A stretch of 39,722 nucleotides of DNA from Parachlamydiales bacterium (lineage in GTDB: Bacteria > Chlamydiota > Chlamydiia > Chlamydiales > Parachlamydiaceae), in the NCBI GenBank assembly GCA_020051075.1, contig JAGVJP010000091.1, positions 1 through 39,722 of the forward strand, read 5' to 3'. Position numbers and translations under genes: made by a program. Within the stretch, counting starts at the first letter, position 1. Each line of letters starts with the position of its first letter. This document shows, one piece after another, positions 30,216 through 39,482 of the stretch. Under the pieces are notes generated by a model. The model had not been told where the DNA came from, made no database searches, and saw only the letters and a program-made list of their open reading frames with translations.

Positions 30216-30701
30216 CTACTTCAAAACTTGCGACCTATGAACGAGTCGCAAGTTGGATTTCAAGATCAGTTCCTTGCTTTTCAGTAAACTCAAATGGTAT
30301 TTTTCCGCTTCCCTCATCTTCCTCCTGTCCTGATCTTCAATGTCATCGTATCCAATGAGATGAAGAAGTCCATGGATGATATAAAGGGTCAGTTCTTCAT
30401 AGGGATCTGAGTGATGAGCAGCGCTATAGTCAATCGCTGTGGCAGGGCAAACAAAAACTTCGCCTAAAACTCGATAAAATGGGGTTTCATCATCGTCTAA
30501 GGGGAACGAAATACAATCTGTTGGCGAGGGATCATTGAAGAATTCTTGGTGAAGCTGACAGATTCTCTTTCTGTCGACAAGATAGATTCCAACTTCATCA
30601 CATACCACCTCTGCTGCTTCGATGGCGTGTTTAACCAACCGCTTGATCTGCGGAGTGGAAACCTTCAAATCTTTTTGTTTGTTGACCACCTGAACAATCA
30701 T
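30216..30701 (-). CDS. ybeY: rRNA maturation endoribonuclease YbeY
   Basis: PTDCISFP, LGEVFVCP, HGLLHLIGYDD; likely start MIVQVVN at 30701. Confidence 0.93.
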   Translation of the reverse strand: MIVQVVNKQKDLKVSTPQIKRLVKHAIEAAEVVCDEVGIYLVDRKRICQLHQEFFNDPSPTDCISFPLDDDETPFYRVLGEVFVCPATAIDYSAAHHSDPYEELTLYIIHGLLHLIGYDDIEDQDRRKMREAEKYHLSLLKSKELILKSNLRLVHRSQVLK

Positions 30702-30790
30702 GAGCGCCTTGGAAATTAGAAACACAGAATCATTGAGACTCTGAAAAAGGGAGTCTGCCTGCACGGCACTTGCCAACATGCTTCTCCAAA

Positions 30791-30888
30791 AAAGCGGAAG
30801 GGGACTTCCGCAATCCAAACGCTTCGCGAAGCCATGGAGAATTTTGGAGACGCGAAGCGTTTGGAGTGCGGAAGTCCCCTTCCGCTTT
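30791..30888. repeat. REPIN-like doublet (family H): two inverted GGAG-type REP hairpins
   Basis: 38-bp arms with 1 mismatch; each has TTGGAGT-GCGGAAG-TCCC-CTTCCGC-TTT. Confidence 0.85.
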
Positions 30889-30957
30889 CGACAAGGACCA
30901 CTTTTCCTTTATATTTTTCTTCGAGGAGAAGTGAGGCCACTACTTTTGAAAATAGAT

Positions 30958-31116
30958 TTACATCACAGGCGTTTTAGGAAGCCCAGTAATGCGTTTGTTA
31001 TCTTCTTCTTTCCAACGTCCGATTTTTTTTAGGACATCGATTCTCTCAAATCGCTTTAGAACATTGCGTTTGGTTGCAGATTTTCCTGCTTTTCCAAAAC
31101 TTGGATGTCGTGACAT
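30958..31116 (-). CDS. PVC-superphylum small basic protein (52 aa; not in ORF track)
   Basis: MSRHPSFGKAGKSATKRNVLKRFERIDVLKKIGRWKEEDNKRITGLPKTPVM; AGGAG RBS. Confidence 0.9.
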   Translation of the reverse strand: MSRHPSFGKAGKSATKRNVLKRFERIDVLKKIGRWKEEDNKRITGLPKTPVM

Positions 31117-31149
31117 GGGTACACTATTCTCCTAGTTGATTGACAAGTT

Positions 31150-31323
31150 TTATTTTATTTTTGCGATAAACACCATTGCTGCAATATCGCCTTCAACAGC
31201 GTTTGAATGAGCTTTATACCCATTGGGCAGTTGGTCTTTCAAAGGCCCTGTTTTTGCACTTGGAGCACGATTTTTACGAGGAAAGCGGTGCCTTCTTTCT
31301 CCCTGTTTACTCATTCTTACCAT
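31150..31323 (-). CDS. Small basic chlamydial protein (CT421.1-like, 57 aa)
   Basis: MVRMSKQGERRHRFPRK...YKAHSNAV...FIAKIK; AGGAG RBS upstream of ATG 31323. Confidence 0.75.
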   Translation of the reverse strand: MVRMSKQGERRHRFPRKNRAPSAKTGPLKDQLPNGYKAHSNAVEGDIAAMVFIAKIK

Positions 31324-31464
31324 AGGAATTCTCCTTTTTCTCTTCGCTCGAGTATAGACAAATTTCAAGATAATAGGCAAGATCTTTATGATTTAGACAT
31401 TGATCTTCCCGATATAATTTGCTAATCTTACCTCTCTTTTCATCGTTAACTAGATGCTGGTATA

Positions 31465-32376
31465 ATGTCAGAGCAACCTCCGTCCCATTTATTTGTCGCA
31501 ACTCTCTCCTCCGAGCAGGGATCAAAACTGCTTGAAGAGCTCAAAGGAAGAGGGTTTGACATCGCCGCACCTCCCCACACAGTATTTTCAGCAAAAGATA
31601 AAGGGATTTCCTGCACATTATATCAATCAGGAAAACTCGTTGTTCAAGGGAAATTGTCGGCAGAATTTATTGAATTCTATCTGGAACCTGAAATCCTCAA
31701 CTCTTTTACCTTCACACATCCTCATGCACAAGAGGGTTTCATTCCCCATATCGGCATCGACGAATCTGGAAAGGGGGATTTTTTCGGTCCTCTATGCGTT
31801 GCAGGGGTGTATGTCGCCGAAGAAGACTTTGCCAAATTGCAGAAAATCGGGGTCAAAGATTCCAAAAAACTGTCAGATGATGCGATCCGAAAGATAGGCA
31901 ATCAAATCAAACAACTCTGCCGTTATCAGATCGTTAAAATCAACCCTCCGAAATACAATCAAATCTACAAGGAATTTAAGAATTTAAATCGACTTCTTGC
32001 ATGGGGGCATGCCACCGCCATCGAGCAGCTGGTGATCAATACTGGCTGCAAAGATGTCATCATCGACCAATTTGCCAACGAACACGTTGTGGAAACGGCA
32101 TTAAAACGAAAAAAGCTGTTGGTGAACCTCACTCAAAGACACCGCGCTGAAGAGGATTTAGCTGTTGCAGCAGCATCAATACTCGCGCGTCAATCTTTTG
32201 TTGAAGGGCTTGAATTGCTCGGCCGAGATATTGGCATCACACTCCCAAAAGGAGGCGGCAGCGAAACGATTAAAATCGGGAAGAAGATTTTGAAGCAATA
32301 TGGACAATCCTTTCTCCTCGAATTATGCAAGGAACATTTCAAAAACCTTGACGCCATTTTAGATATAACAAGATAA
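31465..32376 (+). CDS. rnhC: Ribonuclease HIII
   Basis: TBP-like N-domain (TLYQSGKLVVQG), IGIDESGKGDFFGPL, VKDSKKL, AVAAASILAR, LPKG. Confidence 0.95.
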   Translation: MSEQPPSHLFVATLSSEQGSKLLEELKGRGFDIAAPPHTVFSAKDKGISCTLYQSGKLVVQGKLSAEFIEFYLEPEILNSFTFTHPHAQEGFIPHIGIDESGKGDFFGPLCVAGVYVAEEDFAKLQKIGVKDSKKLSDDAIRKIGNQIKQLCRYQIVKINPPKYNQIYKEFKNLNRLLAWGHATAIEQLVINTGCKDVIIDQFANEHVVETALKRKKLLVNLTQRHRAEEDLAVAAASILARQSFVEGLELLGRDIGITLPKGGGSETIKIGKKILKQYGQSFLLELCKEHFKNLDAILDITR

Positions 32377-32391
32377 CAATGGGATGAATTT

Positions 32392-32832
32392 ATGGACAAT
32401 CGGACTCTTCTTATCATGACTGCTTGCGTATTTGCAGCCATCGCACTACTTTTTGCGATTAACCTCAAAACACTTGTCACAGGCCAACCGATCAATCAGA
32501 CCTATCTCAAATATAACGACATCAGAGGAATGGCCGTGGGAAAAAATCAGCTTCTCTATACATTGGATTTTCAACAGCAAAATAGCGTTGCTGATTTCTT
32601 AAACCGCGCTGTACGCGTTGTTGGAGTTAAACCAGGAAAACGGCAAAAACCTGATATCGATCAAATCGTCATCTACCAATTTAACGGTAAGCCGGACATC
32701 GTTCTGACTCCGGTTGCTTATGTCGATGGCAACCTCGTCTTCACCGCCCCTGCATGGGTTGATCAAGGCTATCTGATGGAGATAAGCTCAGGCGATCTAC
32801 AAAAACTTCTTTCTCAATCCTATGATTCTTGA
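32392..32832 (+). CDS. Hypothetical protein with N-terminal membrane anchor
   Basis: 146-aa ORF between rnhC and recN with hydrophobic LLIMTACVFAAIALLFAI. Confidence 0.8.
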   Translation: MDNRTLLIMTACVFAAIALLFAINLKTLVTGQPINQTYLKYNDIRGMAVGKNQLLYTLDFQQQNSVADFLNRAVRVVGVKPGKRQKPDIDQIVIYQFNGKPDIVLTPVAYVDGNLVFTAPAWVDQGYLMEISSGDLQKLLSQSYDS

Positions 32833-34451
32833 TTATGTTAAAAAGACTTTTCATCCAAAATATCATCCTCATCGAAAAAGCCTCTCTCCACTTCACGGAA
32901 GGGCTTAACATCTTAACTGGCGAAACAGGGTCAGGCAAATCTGCCATCATGCAGAGCCTAAACCTAGTTTTTGGCGAAAGGGCCGATGCAACCATCATCC
33001 GGCGCGGCTGTGACAAAGGCTATGTCGAAGCAGCTTTCGAAGTCACCTCCCCTCATATCAGAGGGTTCCTGACTGAAGGGGGCATTGACCACGATGCTGA
33101 ACAAGAGTTAATCATCCGACGAGAGCTCTCAGAGTCTGGCAAAAACAGGATTTTCATCAACAGCCAACAAACCCAGCTGACGTTTTTACGCCGGCTTGGA
33201 CAGCTCCTCACGCAGACTGTCGGCCAGCATGCAAACCAGCAGCTCCTCTCCTCCGATACCCATCGATCACTCCTCGATCTCTATGGCAGCTTGCAGCCAC
33301 TCCTCCAAAGATTCCAACAGCGCTTCGACTTAGAAAACCAGTTGAAGGGAGAACTTGATCTCTTGATTCGGGAGGAGGGCGAACGGATTCGAACGATAGA
33401 AAATTATCAACGGCAGCTGGAAGAGCTGGAAGAAGCACAGCTGAAAGAAGATGAAGAAGAAGAATTATTTGCAGAATTCACCCTTCTTCAGCACGCCGAA
33501 GAGATGGCTTGCAAAATCGATGAGATCAATGAATGCCTCTCTGGTGATCGACAACCGGTCATTCCCCTCCTCAACAGGCAGAGGCAGACGCTCGAAAGCC
33601 TTGTTCCCTTCGACCCCTCATTGAATGAGTCTCTGCAAATCCTGCAGACCGCATGCCTAGATTTGCAAGAGCTTGCCCACACCCTCAGATGCTATCAGGG
33701 ACATCTCAATTCCAACCCTTGCCGTCTAGAAGAGGTGAATGAGCGGTTAACGCTGTTGAATCAGGTGAAACGAAAATATGGAGCGACAATCTCCGATGTC
33801 ATCGCCTATCGCGATCAAACCTCTATCAAGCTCAGCCAATTGGAAAATCGGGAGCTCGAAATCGACAATCTTAAGATTAAACTCCAGGACGCTGAAGGTG
33901 AAACGCATGAAGCTGCACACGCATTGACCCTCCAAAGGAAACAGTGTGCCGCAGAGCTCGCAGCACGGCTGACAAAAGAACTCCATACCCTCAATATGTC
34001 AAAGGCGCTATTTTTCATTGAACTATCCCCCCAAAAGCGAACGAGAAATGGCGATGAAAAAGTCGAATTTTTTCTACAACCCAATCAAGGTGAACACAAA
34101 ATCCCACTCACTGATGGTGTCAGCGGAGGAGAGATCTCAAGGATACTGCTTGCTCTGCAAACGCTGCTCGGAGGGAAAGAAGATATCGCCACGCTGATCT
34201 TCGATGAAGTTGACGCCAATATCGGCGGAGAAACAGCCGGCATCGTTGGAGAAAAACTTAAAGAGATCAGCCAAGGGCGTCAAGTGATCTGCATCACCCA
34301 CTTCCCACAAGTGGCTTCATTTGCAAACCACCATTTCTGCATCTATAAAAAAGAGATCGAAGGACGAACCTTCACGCTGATCGACGAATTAGCAAACCCG
34401 GAAGCGCGGCAACAGGAACTTGCACGCATGGTCGGCTCAAAAACAAGATAA
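32829..34451 (+). CDS. recN: DNA repair protein RecN
   Basis: LTGETGSGKS, GQHANQ, SGGEISRILLA, LIFDEVDANIGG, CITHFPQVA, ELARM. Confidence 0.96.
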   Translation: MIMLKRLFIQNIILIEKASLHFTEGLNILTGETGSGKSAIMQSLNLVFGERADATIIRRGCDKGYVEAAFEVTSPHIRGFLTEGGIDHDAEQELIIRRELSESGKNRIFINSQQTQLTFLRRLGQLLTQTVGQHANQQLLSSDTHRSLLDLYGSLQPLLQRFQQRFDLENQLKGELDLLIREEGERIRTIENYQRQLEELEEAQLKEDEEEELFAEFTLLQHAEEMACKIDEINECLSGDRQPVIPLLNRQRQTLESLVPFDPSLNESLQILQTACLDLQELAHTLRCYQGHLNSNPCRLEEVNERLTLLNQVKRKYGATISDVIAYRDQTSIKLSQLENRELEIDNLKIKLQDAEGETHEAAHALTLQRKQCAAELAARLTKELHTLNMSKALFFIELSPQKRTRNGDEKVEFFLQPNQGEHKIPLTDGVSGGEISRILLALQTLLGGKEDIATLIFDEVDANIGGETAGIVGEKLKEISQGRQVICITHFPQVASFANHHFCIYKKEIEGRTFTLIDELANPEARQQELARMVGSKTR

Positions 34452-34726
34452 GCAGGACAAACAAGAGAAAACAAGATAGGCAAAAGGGACAAAACAGGAT
34501 AGGGAGGATAGGGCAGGATAAGCAAGAAGGATCATACAGACAAGCATCGAATGAAAATAAAAGATAATTCCCTATCCTTCCCATCCTGTAAAAATTGACA
34601 GGATGGGAAGGATAGATTGAATCTAAGATTTTATCTTTCTTATCTTGCCTATCCTGCCGCGAAGCGATCCTGCCTATCCTGTTTGCCCCTTTGCTTATCC
34701 TGTTTTCGTTCCTGCCTATCCTGTTC
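34442..34726. repeat. Family C palindrome (decayed) with an internal family-D-type hairpin
   Basis: AACAAGATAAGCAGGAC...CAGGAT units, CTATCCTTCCCATCCTGT..ACAGGATGGGAAGGATAG core, ATCCTGCCGCGAAGCGATCCTG arm. Confidence 0.85.
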
Positions 34727-34731
34727 TGGCT

Positions 34732-37107
34732 CTATTCGAGGGTCGCAGCAATTCGCCGAGCTAGAATATCGGCAGCTTCTTCCGCAGGCACTTTTTTAAG
34801 CATGATGGTATAGGCGTTTCTATTATTTATGAACTGCTGTCTAGTGACTTCATTAACGGTAGTGTCGCTGCAATAATAGTAACGTCCATTTCTTTCAGTA
34901 TAGGCAACATAATGTCCCCCATTAAGACTTCCAGAATGCTCAACATAGGCAGTGATACGATACACGGCTGGTTGAGCTCTGTCTTGTGAGTCTTGGTATT
35001 CAGTGAGATCGATGTAACCATCTTCTGGCAATGTGATACCGAAATCGACTTTTCGCTGAATCGGCCCTCTCGCTCCGTAAACAGTTTCAAACCGCTTCAA
35101 ATGGAGAGGCAGGACATCAGGTAAATTTCGAAGGGAGTAATGTTCAGTGTACCGGAACAATTCAGGATTGGTTTGGCGTAGATGGATATTCTCCGATCGG
35201 CTAAAAGCATTCAACAGTCTGCTTGCTTCTCCCTCTGGACCCACAGTCCTAACCTCAATATTATCCTCTTCCATCGTCCAATTAGGATCAAAATCCCTAC
35301 CTTCGCCTTCCATCAAGCTCTCTTGGAAGAACGAACGAATTTGATAATCCAACGAAGACATCTCTCGCTGAGCTTCACGTAAGTAGGCTTGATATTCAGT
35401 CCTCATTTGCTGCGTCACCCGATCGAACTGTCCATAAGTGTTGAATACCCAATCATCTAAATTTAGTGGAGTTTGTATCGGCAACTGTTGGATTGTTTGT
35501 ACCTCAGGTCGCTTAACGAATTCTAATCCAGGAAACATCTCAGTTCTAAGCACAACTTCCTGTTCAAACCGATAAGGTAAGACAGCATCCATATATAACT
35601 CAAGAATTTGAGCAGAATCTAGTTGCCTTCTGTGCATGAGATTTTCATAGATGAAATCTCCATAGTCAACACCGTTGTTAATAAGGCCTTGAATTCTTGC
35701 ATACTCTAGATCATTTTGAAGCCTTGTATTCTCAGCTGTACGACTATCTTGAAGTCTTCCATAGTCTTGTTCGTTAAAAGAGTTTGGGTCTTCAAATCTT
35801 CTGTCATTCATGCGGTTGATTGCTGCATCGATACGCGTGAGTTCTGTTTCCATGCGCTGACGCTGCATCCTCAGATCGTATCGCCATTTAGGCTCAAAAA
35901 TATTTCTTTGGAGCGCAGCGACAGAAGGAAGGCGCGATTGACCTGAAACAATTGGTTCCCCAAACGTTGATACTGTTGATTTATCATTTTCTGATATTAG
36001 AAAGAGCATTTGAAGATTCGTGAGTGTTGGAACCGTTGTCGGCTGGTTTCCTCTAGGCTGAGTGAAGTAATAAAGTTCCTTGCGAATATTTTCCCGTCTT
36101 TCATAAGCTTGATCAGACTCTCTTGGCAAGCGCTCCAACGGATTTTCCAGTCGCTGGGCTAAATTCGGTGTAGTGAAAATCAGTTGAGTCAGCGCGTTCA
36201 TATAACAGGAGTTGCCGAGATTCCTCAAACGTGGAGGCGCATTCTGGTCTGCGCTGGCAGTCACATCAGGACCAGTTTCGAGCGTATTTATCCTTTGAAG
36301 AATATAGTCTTTCCGATGGCTTTCCCATTGCGGGTCAGTAAAAAGACCGGTATAGAACGCTTTATCTAACGTCCACAACATATCCCTGAACTCGCTTGTA
36401 AATGACTTTGGAATCTTAGCTCCAAATTCCCAAAGCCTCGCGATAAGGTGCTCAAACCTCTCAACTGCTGGCCGCTGGACATCGTTTCGGATAAGCTCAG
36501 AAAAATTGGTTCGCACTGCCTGAAATCTAGCTAGAAGAGGCGTAACGGTGTTCGTATGAAGTTCGGCAAGATCATGGCATCTTCGTGTTCCAGCTGAGAA
36601 TCTTTGAATTCTATCAGCACAAACTTTTAAAGCAGAATGGTACTCAATCAATTGATTAAGGGTTTTCATCAGATGAACATTTGAAATAGGAATCAATGCT
36701 TCAATATCGTGCAGCCGTGCTTCGAAAGTGGCCGCTTGAGTCGTTAACTCATTTAATTGCTCAATAAATTTTGGCGAATAGGGGTCAAATTCAGGTGCAA
36801 ATAGGCAACGATTGGCAACGACCGCGATATCGTGCGCAAGGCCGCTGATATAATCAGAAGCGAAAAATATAAATTCACAAGGTTTTTTTAGAAACTCAAA
36901 AGTATTGTCGATGAAAAAGATAAGAGCCTGTTCTAATATTTGTAGGGCAAATCTACATGAGCATCGACTGACAATAGGATCGTCGGCTCCCACCGTTTGA
37001 TCAACAGGAGCTGCATTTCCTCCCTGCTGATTCAATCGAAGTGATTGAGAAGAAGGAACATGATGTACTGGGCTTGCTGGTCTTGCTAATGGTGATGACA
37101 TAAACAC
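34732..37107 (-). CDS. USP (peptidase C19) family deubiquitinase-like effector
   Basis: Cys box RLRNLGNSCYMNALTQ, QLDSAQIL, LPDVLPLHLKRF, His box VEHSGSLNGGHYVAY...YYCSD..V, AYTIM. Confidence 0.9.
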   Translation of the reverse strand: MFMSSPLARPASPVHHVPSSQSLRLNQQGGNAAPVDQTVGADDPIVSRCSCRFALQILEQALIFFIDNTFEFLKKPCEFIFFASDYISGLAHDIAVVANRCLFAPEFDPYSPKFIEQLNELTTQAATFEARLHDIEALIPISNVHLMKTLNQLIEYHSALKVCADRIQRFSAGTRRCHDLAELHTNTVTPLLARFQAVRTNFSELIRNDVQRPAVERFEHLIARLWEFGAKIPKSFTSEFRDMLWTLDKAFYTGLFTDPQWESHRKDYILQRINTLETGPDVTASADQNAPPRLRNLGNSCYMNALTQLIFTTPNLAQRLENPLERLPRESDQAYERRENIRKELYYFTQPRGNQPTTVPTLTNLQMLFLISENDKSTVSTFGEPIVSGQSRLPSVAALQRNIFEPKWRYDLRMQRQRMETELTRIDAAINRMNDRRFEDPNSFNEQDYGRLQDSRTAENTRLQNDLEYARIQGLINNGVDYGDFIYENLMHRRQLDSAQILELYMDAVLPYRFEQEVVLRTEMFPGLEFVKRPEVQTIQQLPIQTPLNLDDWVFNTYGQFDRVTQQMRTEYQAYLREAQREMSSLDYQIRSFFQESLMEGEGRDFDPNWTMEEDNIEVRTVGPEGEASRLLNAFSRSENIHLRQTNPELFRYTEHYSLRNLPDVLPLHLKRFETVYGARGPIQRKVDFGITLPEDGYIDLTEYQDSQDRAQPAVYRITAYVEHSGSLNGGHYVAYTERNGRYYYCSDTTVNEVTRQQFINNRNAYTIMLKKVPAEEAADILARRIAATLE

Positions 37108-37353
37108 TCTTTTATTTTAAAGTTTTAATGTAACCAATTTTAACAGAAAACAGGATTTTTTTGCAAACAATCAATAACAAAAAAGTAAAAATGAATAAAA
37201 TCCAACTAGATATTGTGAAAAAAATGGCATAATTTGAGGTTCTAAATGACTTTACCATTGACGAAATATCAAAATTTCGATAAAAAAATCTTTTTTTACC
37301 ACTGGCCAGATCTCATCCTTATGGATGCTTAATACAAAATTGAGGCATAACAA

Positions 37354-38274
37354 GTGAATTTCCGTTATTTAACACTCTATCTTACTTTGTCTTCCCTTTC
37401 TTTAGCTTGGGGACAGCAAATCGATCCAGACCCACATAACTTTGGCTCCGAAGAAATCACTCAGCCAGCCAAGAGGAGTCCCTTCAGCTTTGAAAGCCAT
37501 GTCGATGTACTCGAAGACGCTAACATCAGTCGCGGTTTTTATGAAAAAGATTCGATCAGCTTTGCAGAATCTGACGTTGAAGTTGGGATGGTCGTCTACT
37601 ACTGCCCTGCCTATGAAGAGGGGGTTAGACTAGCCTTAGATTTTTCAGCAACCTACCTCTCTTGGGACCAAAATCCCTATTTCAAACAAGATCATTTCAA
37701 CATCCTTTCTCTGGAAGCGGTTTATTTTACCCATCGTCTGGACCGCTGGTTTTGGCGGACTTCTCTGAGCATTAACATGGATACCGAACAGTGGCAATCA
37801 GATTATACCAGTTACGACCTCTTACTCTGGGGACGATATGAATTCACCAAAGAAATTGGAATCCATATCGGATTCTGGGGAGAAACGGGCATTCGACTAG
37901 ACCGCGTTTGGCCAATTTTAGGTGCTGATTGGCAGATCTCAAAGCAGTGGAAGCTCAACTTAGTTTACCCTGTTAACATTTCACTTAACTATATGTTGAA
38001 CCCTAATTGGTCCTTTGCCCTTGCAGGAAGAAACTTTAATTCCCGATTTAGGGTCAACCGCGATCAGAGCTGCCCTCGATTCCTCGTCAGATATCAAAAT
38101 ATCGGAGCAGAATTCATGGTTAGATACGAGAACTTAGGAATCAGCGCCAACATCCACGGTGGGATAACCTTTGCTGGCAAATATCGGGTAGCGAATTCTC
38201 ACAATCACCACGCTCACAATTATGACCTTGAACCAGCTGGCTATATTGGCGGCGAAATAGACGTCAGTTTTTGA
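37354..38274 (+). CDS. Outer membrane beta-barrel protein
   Basis: Signal peptide, aromatic-rich alternating strands, C-terminal IDVSF. Confidence 0.8.
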   Translation: MNFRYLTLYLTLSSLSLAWGQQIDPDPHNFGSEEITQPAKRSPFSFESHVDVLEDANISRGFYEKDSISFAESDVEVGMVVYYCPAYEEGVRLALDFSATYLSWDQNPYFKQDHFNILSLEAVYFTHRLDRWFWRTSLSINMDTEQWQSDYTSYDLLLWGRYEFTKEIGIHIGFWGETGIRLDRVWPILGADWQISKQWKLNLVYPVNISLNYMLNPNWSFALAGRNFNSRFRVNRDQSCPRFLVRYQNIGAEFMVRYENLGISANIHGGITFAGKYRVANSHNHHAHNYDLEPAGYIGGEIDVSF

Positions 38275-38323
38275 TCTTATCTGACGTTACCTAATCCGAG
38301 CATAACTTTTCACGTCTCCCCCA

Positions 38324-39226
38324 TTACCTAACTCGGGCGAGGCAGTGAATCAATGCATCTTCAAGGCGGGGATAGGTAAAGGCAAATTGAGCCTCTTCTA
38401 ACTTCTGAGGCTTGACCCTTGTGCTGCTGAGCAAGAGCTCCTCTCCCATCTGTCCAAAAATCCATTTTACAGCAAAAGCCGGCATCGGCAGGATCGCAGG
38501 CCTCTGCAGTTCGTCGGCTAAGTTCTTTGTGAATTCGTAATTTTGAACGGGGAAGGGGGTGACCGCGTTCACTGGACCGGCAATCTCAGGTGTCTGGACC
38601 AAAAATTCGATGACATGGAGCAAATCATACAAGGTGATCCAACTCATGTATTGCGACCCGGAACCTAGGCGTCCTCCTAGACCCCATCTAAAAGGAGTGA
38701 GCATCTGTTTAAGAGCCCCTCCAGCCTCGCTGAGAACCATTCCAAGACGAAGATTAATGGTCCTGATCCCTGCATCGGCAGCTCCTTTTGCCGCCGCCTC
38801 CCATTTTTCGCACACATCGGCTAAAAAGCCATGACCTGGGGGGCTCTTTTCCGTCAGCCACTCTTCTCCTCGATCCCCATAAAAGCCGATGGCTGACGCA
38901 CAAATGAAAAGAGTGGGAGGACGCTTCAGACGGGCGAGATCCTTCACCAGTGATGAGGTTGAATCAACCCGGCTGCTTTCGATGTCTCTCTTTTTGCGGG
39001 CCGTCCAACGACCCATAATTGACTCTCCAGCCAGGTGGACGATAGCGTCTGCACCCTCCAGCAATTCCAAGTCAACCACCCCTTTGTGAGGATCCCAGGC
39101 AATTTCTTGCGGATGCAAATCAGCTCTTCCTCTCACGAGTTTGTAGATTTGATAATCTTCAGCATCCAAAAAAGAGGCTAGAGCAGAACCGACCAGCCCC
39201 GAGGTGCCCGAGATGACAATTTTCAT
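38324..39226 (-). CDS. TIGR01777/YfcH family NAD-dependent epimerase-like oxidoreductase
   Basis: ISGTSGLVG, VHLAGESI, SAIGFYG, GFLADVCEKWE, GSGSQYMSWI, GPVNAVTP. Confidence 0.93.
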   Translation of the reverse strand: MKIVISGTSGLVGSALASFLDAEDYQIYKLVRGRADLHPQEIAWDPHKGVVDLELLEGADAIVHLAGESIMGRWTARKKRDIESSRVDSTSSLVKDLARLKRPPTLFICASAIGFYGDRGEEWLTEKSPPGHGFLADVCEKWEAAAKGAADAGIRTINLRLGMVLSEAGGALKQMLTPFRWGLGGRLGSGSQYMSWITLYDLLHVIEFLVQTPEIAGPVNAVTPFPVQNYEFTKNLADELQRPAILPMPAFAVKWIFGQMGEELLLSSTRVKPQKLEEAQFAFTYPRLEDALIHCLARVR

Positions 39227-39482
39227 TTTTCAACTCCTGTTAAACGGCATTCACTGTTTAACATAAATCCCATTTTCGTCAAATTCTTCTCTTTCCCTAA
39301 CTGCAGACATTGACTCCATCTATCCAAAGGCATGCTGGTTCCCAGGCCTGACGGCCTTATCTTTATACACATCTTCCCAGTGCTTGTTCTGGCAACGAGA
39401 ATTGCTCGTTTTTCTTTCGCTGCTACCGCAGCTCTGGATTGGTCTGCATCTTGACCCCACGTTCCTGTCGCCGAGCTCCCTA

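Noticed and set aside
30702..30940. N-terminal extension of ybeY and small ORFs across the REPIN
   Set aside because: These frames derive from the palindrome; YbeY similarity begins at MIVQVVN
39300..39480. Possible gene fragment or ncRNA next to element I
   Set aside because: Several frames are open but none has a recognisable motif, start or RBS, so no call can be supported
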